Source of the DNA: Spirochaetia bacterium
Lineage (GTDB): Bacteria; Spirochaetota; Spirochaetia; SZUA-6; Fen-1364
Direction: 5' to 3'
Assembly: GCA_049514475.1 (NCBI GenBank)
Contig: JBEKVA010000002.1
Span: 1-35,904, forward strand
Length of the DNA stretch: 35,904 nt
Part shown: one piece after another, positions 32,084 to 35,904 of the stretch
Position numbering within the stretch: position 1 is the first letter of the stretch
Layout: each line of letters starts with the position of its first letter
Notes under the pieces: generated by a model
The model's input: the letters and a program-made list of their open reading frames with translations, nothing else
Database searches by the model: none
What the model was told of the DNA's origin: nothing
Made by a program: the position numbers and the translations under genes

Positions 32084-33727
32084 ATGCTCGAGCAGTTCCT
32101 CCCCAAGACACGCTTCTCCTCCTACGAGGATTTCACACGGGACTTTTCCATCACCGTGCCGGCCCGGTTCAATTTCGCCTGGGACGTCGTGGACGTCGTG
32201 GCCGCCCGGGAGCCCGCGCGGACGGCCCTGGTCTGGTGCAACGAGCAGGGGGAAGAAGCCACCTTCACCTTCGGCCAGATGGCAGAGCTCTCAATGCAGG
32301 CGGCGAACTTCTTCCTCTCCCTTGGCATCGGCCGCGGGGACCCGGTGATGCTCATCCTGAAGCGCCGCTACGAGTACTGGTTCTGCCTGCTCGGGCTGCA
32401 CCGCATCGGGGCAATCGCCATACCCGCAACGCACCTGCTGACGAAAAAGGATATCGTGTATCGCAACGGAGCGGCCGGCGTGAAGGCAATCGTGTGCGTC
32501 AACGAGCAGAAGGTGCTTGAGAACGTGGACGCGGCCCTGGCCGAATCTCCCACCCTCAAGCAGCGCATTGCCCTGGGCGTGAAGCGGCCGGGGTGGCACG
32601 ACCTGGGCGCCGGCATGGCAAAAGCGGGGAAGAAGCTTGGGCGCATGCCGACGGAGAACAGCGACACGAGCCTCCTGTATTTCACCTCGGGGACCACGGG
32701 CATGCCGAAGATGGTCCAGCACGATTTCGTCTACCCTCTGGGTCACCTGGTGACGGCGAAATACTGGCAGAATGTCCAGGACGGCGGGCTACATCTCACC
32801 GTGGCGGACACCGGCTGGGCAAAGGCGGCCTGGGGCAAGATCTACGGGCAATGGCTGTGCGGCTCCGCCGTATTCGTCTACGACTATGAGAGGTTCGTGC
32901 CTGCCGCGCTCCTGGGCGTCATCGCGAAGCACAAGGTCACGACATTCTGCGCCCCGCCCACCATGTACCGTTTCTTCATCAAGGAAGACATGCGCCAGTT
33001 CGATTTTTCCGCCCTGAGGTACTGCACGGTGGCCGGGGAACCGCTGAACCCCGAGGTGTATTCCCGCTTCCTCGAGCTGACGGGCCTGAAGCTCCGCGAG
33101 GGCTACGGGCAGACCGAGATGACGGTAGCGGTCGCCGTCTTCCCCTGGATGGAGCCGAAGCCGGGCAGCATGGGCAAGCCCTCCCCCGGGTACGACATCG
33201 ACCTTCTCGATGAAGAGGGCACCTCCTGCGAGGTCGGGGAGAAGGGTGAAATCGTCGTGCGCACGAATGCCCGCATGCCGACCGGCATGTTCCACGGCTA
33301 CTACAAGGACCCCGAGCTCACGGCCCGCTCCTGGCACGACGAGGTCTATCACACGGGCGACGTGGCCTGGCGCGATGAGGACGGCTACTACTGGTTCGTG
33401 GGCAGGACCGATGACGTGATAAAGAGCTCGGGCTACCGCATCGGCCCCTTCGAGGTGGAGAGCGCCCTCATCGAGCACCCGGCCGTGCTGGAGTGCGCCG
33501 TGACGGGCGTGCCCGATGCCGACCGCGGGGCGGTGGTGAAGGCCACCGTGGTGCTCGCCCGCGGCTACGCGGCAAGCCCCGAGCTGGCGGCCGAGCTGCA
33601 GGAGCACGTGAAGAAGATCACCGCACCGTACAAGTACCCGCGCATCGTCGAGTTCGTCACCGAGCTGCCGAAGACCATCAGCGGGAAGATCAGGCGCGTG
33701 CAGATCAGGGAGAAGGACGGAGAGTAG
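32084..33727 (+). CDS. AMP-forming acyl-CoA synthetase (medium-chain/aromatic acid-CoA ligase type, ANL superfamily)
   Basis: Start trimmed to the ATG at 32084 (MLEQFLPK...). Motifs: [52 protein letters not shown]. Confidence 0.9.
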   Translation: MLEQFLPKTRFSSYEDFTRDFSITVPARFNFAWDVVDVVAAREPARTALVWCNEQGEEATFTFGQMAELSMQAANFFLSLGIGRGDPVMLILKRRYEYWFCLLGLHRIGAIAIPATHLLTKKDIVYRNGAAGVKAIVCVNEQKVLENVDAALAESPTLKQRIALGVKRPGWHDLGAGMAKAGKKLGRMPTENSDTSLLYFTSGTTGMPKMVQHDFVYPLGHLVTAKYWQNVQDGGLHLTVADTGWAKAAWGKIYGQWLCGSAVFVYDYERFVPAALLGVIAKHKVTTFCAPPTMYRFFIKEDMRQFDFSALRYCTVAGEPLNPEVYSRFLELTGLKLREGYGQTEMTVAVAVFPWMEPKPGSMGKPSPGYDIDLLDEEGTSCEVGEKGEIVVRTNARMPTGMFHGYYKDPELTARSWHDEVYHTGDVAWRDEDGYYWFVGRTDDVIKSSGYRIGPFEVESALIEHPAVLECAVTGVPDADRGAVVKATVVLARGYAASPELAAELQEHVKKITAPYKYPRIVEFVTELPKTISGKIRRVQIREKDGE

Positions 33728-33791
33728 CGGGGCCGCGCGCGGTCAGCCCTCCCGCGGTCGGGCGCCGCATCCTCCCCGACAGCCTTCCCTT

Positions 33792-35629
33792 TCATCGGAA
33801 CGCCCGCGCCGCGTTGAGAATCGCGGCCAGCGCCACGCCCATGTCGGCGATCACCGCCTCCCACATCGTGGCCACACCGACCGCGGCAAGGGCGAGGAAG
33901 ATGCCCTTCACGCCCAGGGCGAAGACGATGTTCTGCACTACAATGGCGCGCGTTCTCCGCGACCGGGAAATCGCCTCCGCCACCTTGCCCGGGTTGTTCG
34001 ACATCAGCACCACGTCGGCCGTTTCCACCGCGGCATCCGCCCCTGATCGGCCCATGGCAATCCCGACATCGGCGCGCGCAAGCACCGGCGCATCGTTGAT
34101 GCCGTCCCCCACGAACGCGGTGCGCGCGTTCCTGCCCGCCCCGCGCATGAGCTTCTCCAGCGCCTCGACCTTGCCGGCAGGCAGAAGGTCGGCATGGACC
34201 TCGTCGATGCCCAGCTCGGCGGCAGTGCGCCGGGCCGCATCCTCACCGTCTCCCGTGAGCAGCACGGTGCGCTGCACCCCCAGGGAGCGAAGCCCGCTGA
34301 TGGCCTCCCGTGCCCCCGGGCGCGACTCATCGCCGATGACGATGTACCCCGCGTAGGTCCCGTCGACTGAAACGTGCACCGCGGTGCCATCGAATCGTTT
34401 CCCGCCATGACCGCGTGGCCCCCGACGCTCGCAAATACTCCCTGCCCGCTCACCTCGCGGTAATCCGCCGCCGGAGAGCCGTCAAGAGGAAGGCCATACG
34501 CGGCGCGCAGGGACGCGGCAATGGGGTGATTCGAATGCGCCTCGGCAAGCGCCGCGTAGCGCAGCAGGTCGGACCCGGAGATCCCGTTGCGGGGCTGCAG
34601 CGAGAGAACCTTGAAAATCCCGCGCGTGAGGGTCCCCGTCTTGTCAAAAACAACGGTGCGCACGTGCGCCAGTGTGTCGAGATAGGCGGCCCCCTTGACC
34701 AGGATGCCATGGCGCGATGCTCCGCCGACACCGCCAAAGTAGCCCAGGGGGATGCTGATGACCAGGGCGCAGGGGCAGGAGATCACCAGGAGGGTGAGAG
34801 CGCGATACACCCAGTCGTGCAGAAGCGCGCCGGGGAGGAGGAGCGGCGGAAGGAATGCGATGAGCGCCGCCGCCCCGACGACCGCGGGGGTATAGAGGCG
34901 GGCGAATCGCGAGATGAATTGCTCGGTTTTCGCCTTTGCCCGCGATGCCCCTTCCACGAGGCTGATGATCTTGGCGGCACTCGATTCTCCTGCCACGCGG
35001 GAAACGCGGATCTCGATGGACCCGTCCATGCTGATGAAGCCGGCAAGGACCTCTCCGCCGGGAACGACTTGGCGCGGGACAGGCTCTCCGGTGAGCGCCG
35101 AGGTGTCCACGAAGCCGTTCCCCGAGAGAACGATGCCGTCCAGGGGTATCCGCTCCCCCGCCCTCACCACGATCTCCTCACCCACCGCGATCTCCTCGGG
35201 ACGCACCACCAGGCTTTCGCTGCCCCGCCTGCGGGCGGAGTCGGGGCGCAGCTCCAGCAGGCCTCGGATGGAGCGTCGACTGCGCTGCACGGAGAGCCCC
35301 TGCAGTATTTCCCCCGTCTTCCAGAAAAGCATCACGGCAACGGCCTCGATGGGCTGGTTGATCGCGAATGCTCCCAGCGTTGCCACGGTCATGAGGAAGT
35401 TCTCGTCGAAAACCCGTCCCCTCGCAATGTCGCGGGCGGCCGCGACAAGGACATTTGCGCCGGAGAGCAGGTACGCCGCGCCGAAGAGCACCCAGATGAG
35501 CCAGGGCCAGGGAGAGGCTTTGATCGTGCCCCTGAGGGTGATCCCCAGCACCAGCAGCAGTGCCCCCCCGCCCAGGACCATCAGTTCTCTGCGCAGCGCG
35601 AATCCCCTGTCCATATGATTCCCTTTCAT
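33792..35629 (-). pseudogene. Heavy-metal-translocating P1B-type ATPase (CPC motif, no N-terminal HMA domain), interrupted by a net -1 frameshift near 34386-34405
   Basis: The N-terminal frame carries TGE (ALTGEP), SCPCALVIS and VFDKTGTLT, and reads well up to ...GHAVMAG. The protein then continues only in another frame: (GKRF)DGTAVHVSVDGTYAGYIVIGD...LLTGDG...VGDGINDAPVLA...VVLMSNN..., ending at 33792. The junction lies at a GGGAAA run (+ strand tttccc, 34398-34403). The start is ATG 35629 (ATGA overlap with the regulator stop) or ATG 35614. Confidence 0.85.
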
Positions 35630-35904
35630 TCGGAGAGATGGTTCCTGATGGACCGCAGGACGCCGCTCACGTGGGCGTCGCTGAGGGAATAGTAGATGGT
35701 CTTGCCATCGCGGCGGTGTGCCACAAGGCGCGCCGCCTTCAGGGTGGCAAGCTGATGGCTTACCGCGGAGTGGCTCGTTCCACGGGTTTAGCTGATGTCG
35801 CGGACGCACAGCTCCCCGGGCAGGAGCGCGTGCAGGATGCGCAGCCGCGTCGCGTCCCCCAGGACCTTGAAGAAGCTTTCCATGCCGTCAAGCTCCTCCG
35901 TGAC
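35626..35904 (-). pseudogene. ArsR/SmtB family metalloregulator with an in-frame TAA in the HTH region; the 5' end lies outside the window
   Basis: The minus-strand frame is open from the window edge: ...FKVLGDATRLRILHALLPGELCVRDIS*TRGTSHSAVSHQLATLKAARLVAHRRDGKTIYYSLSDAHV...*. The internal TAA is at 35788-35790, and the natural TGA is at 35626-35628. Confidence 0.75.

Noticed and set aside
1-35904. I looked for mobile elements, integrases, tRNA/rRNA genes, toxin-antitoxin pairs and defence-system hallmarks (nucleases, helicases, methyltransferases, STAND/TIR-type domains).
   Set aside because: No ORF has such motifs and I noticed no terminal inverted or direct repeats bracketing any block. 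The only signs of rearrangement are the permease relic and the disrupted genes reported above.

Overview
The window is a visibly GC-rich, densely coding bacterial chromosomal segment. I estimate roughly two-thirds G+C by eye and did not compute it. Most genes I accept have GGAGG-type ribosome-binding sites. I saw no rRNA, tRNA, CRISPR array, transposase, integrase or phage genes. All family assignments come from reading the translations for motifs; no database search was possible.

The window falls into five blocks:

(A) 1-2348: the 3' end of a flavoprotein reductase gene, a polytopic membrane protein and an LhgO-like FAD oxidoreductase.

(B) 2494-17649: a large carbohydrate-utilisation locus.
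- The minus-strand genes, in transcription order, are: GntR/HutC regulator, FucI-like isomerase, class II aldolase, a decayed permease fragment, a frameshifted URO-D-family gene, a ribose-type ABC importer (binding protein, ATPase, permease), a Gfo/Idh/MocA dehydrogenase, a second URO-D-family gene and two xylose-isomerase-fold proteins.
- Transcribed divergently are a PfkB kinase and a third TIM-barrel isomerase/epimerase.
- The 175-bp AT-rich control region between the two arms holds two overlapping sigma70-like promoters and a 30-bp palindrome.

(C) 17673-26054: a nitrogen-compound block.
- The minus-strand operon is a Liv-type ABC importer (G-F-H-M-J order), then a creatininase-family hydrolase, then a DUF1684 protein.
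- Transcribed divergently are aguB and aguA (agmatine to putrescine).

(D) 26116-30792: a ZIP metal importer, a PAS hybrid histidine kinase and an HtrA/DegP protease.

(E) 30843-35904: a small orphan protein, an XRE-cupin regulator with an AMP-forming acyl-CoA synthetase, and a disrupted ArsR-family regulator plus CPC-type P1B ATPase pair.

I do not see a clear-cut new defence or mobile system. The observations most worth a second look are:
- two URO-D-fold paralogues embedded in a sugar locus with no corrinoid partner;
- a Gfo plus TIM-barrel redox module in the same locus;
- a tandem array of four 23-nt hairpin units at 2403-2493;
- an orphan intrinsic terminator at 31403-31439 with no gene upstream of it;
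- three gene disruptions that each behave as a net -1 nt deletion, plus one in-frame TAA. This pattern needs read-level checking before it is interpreted as gene decay.
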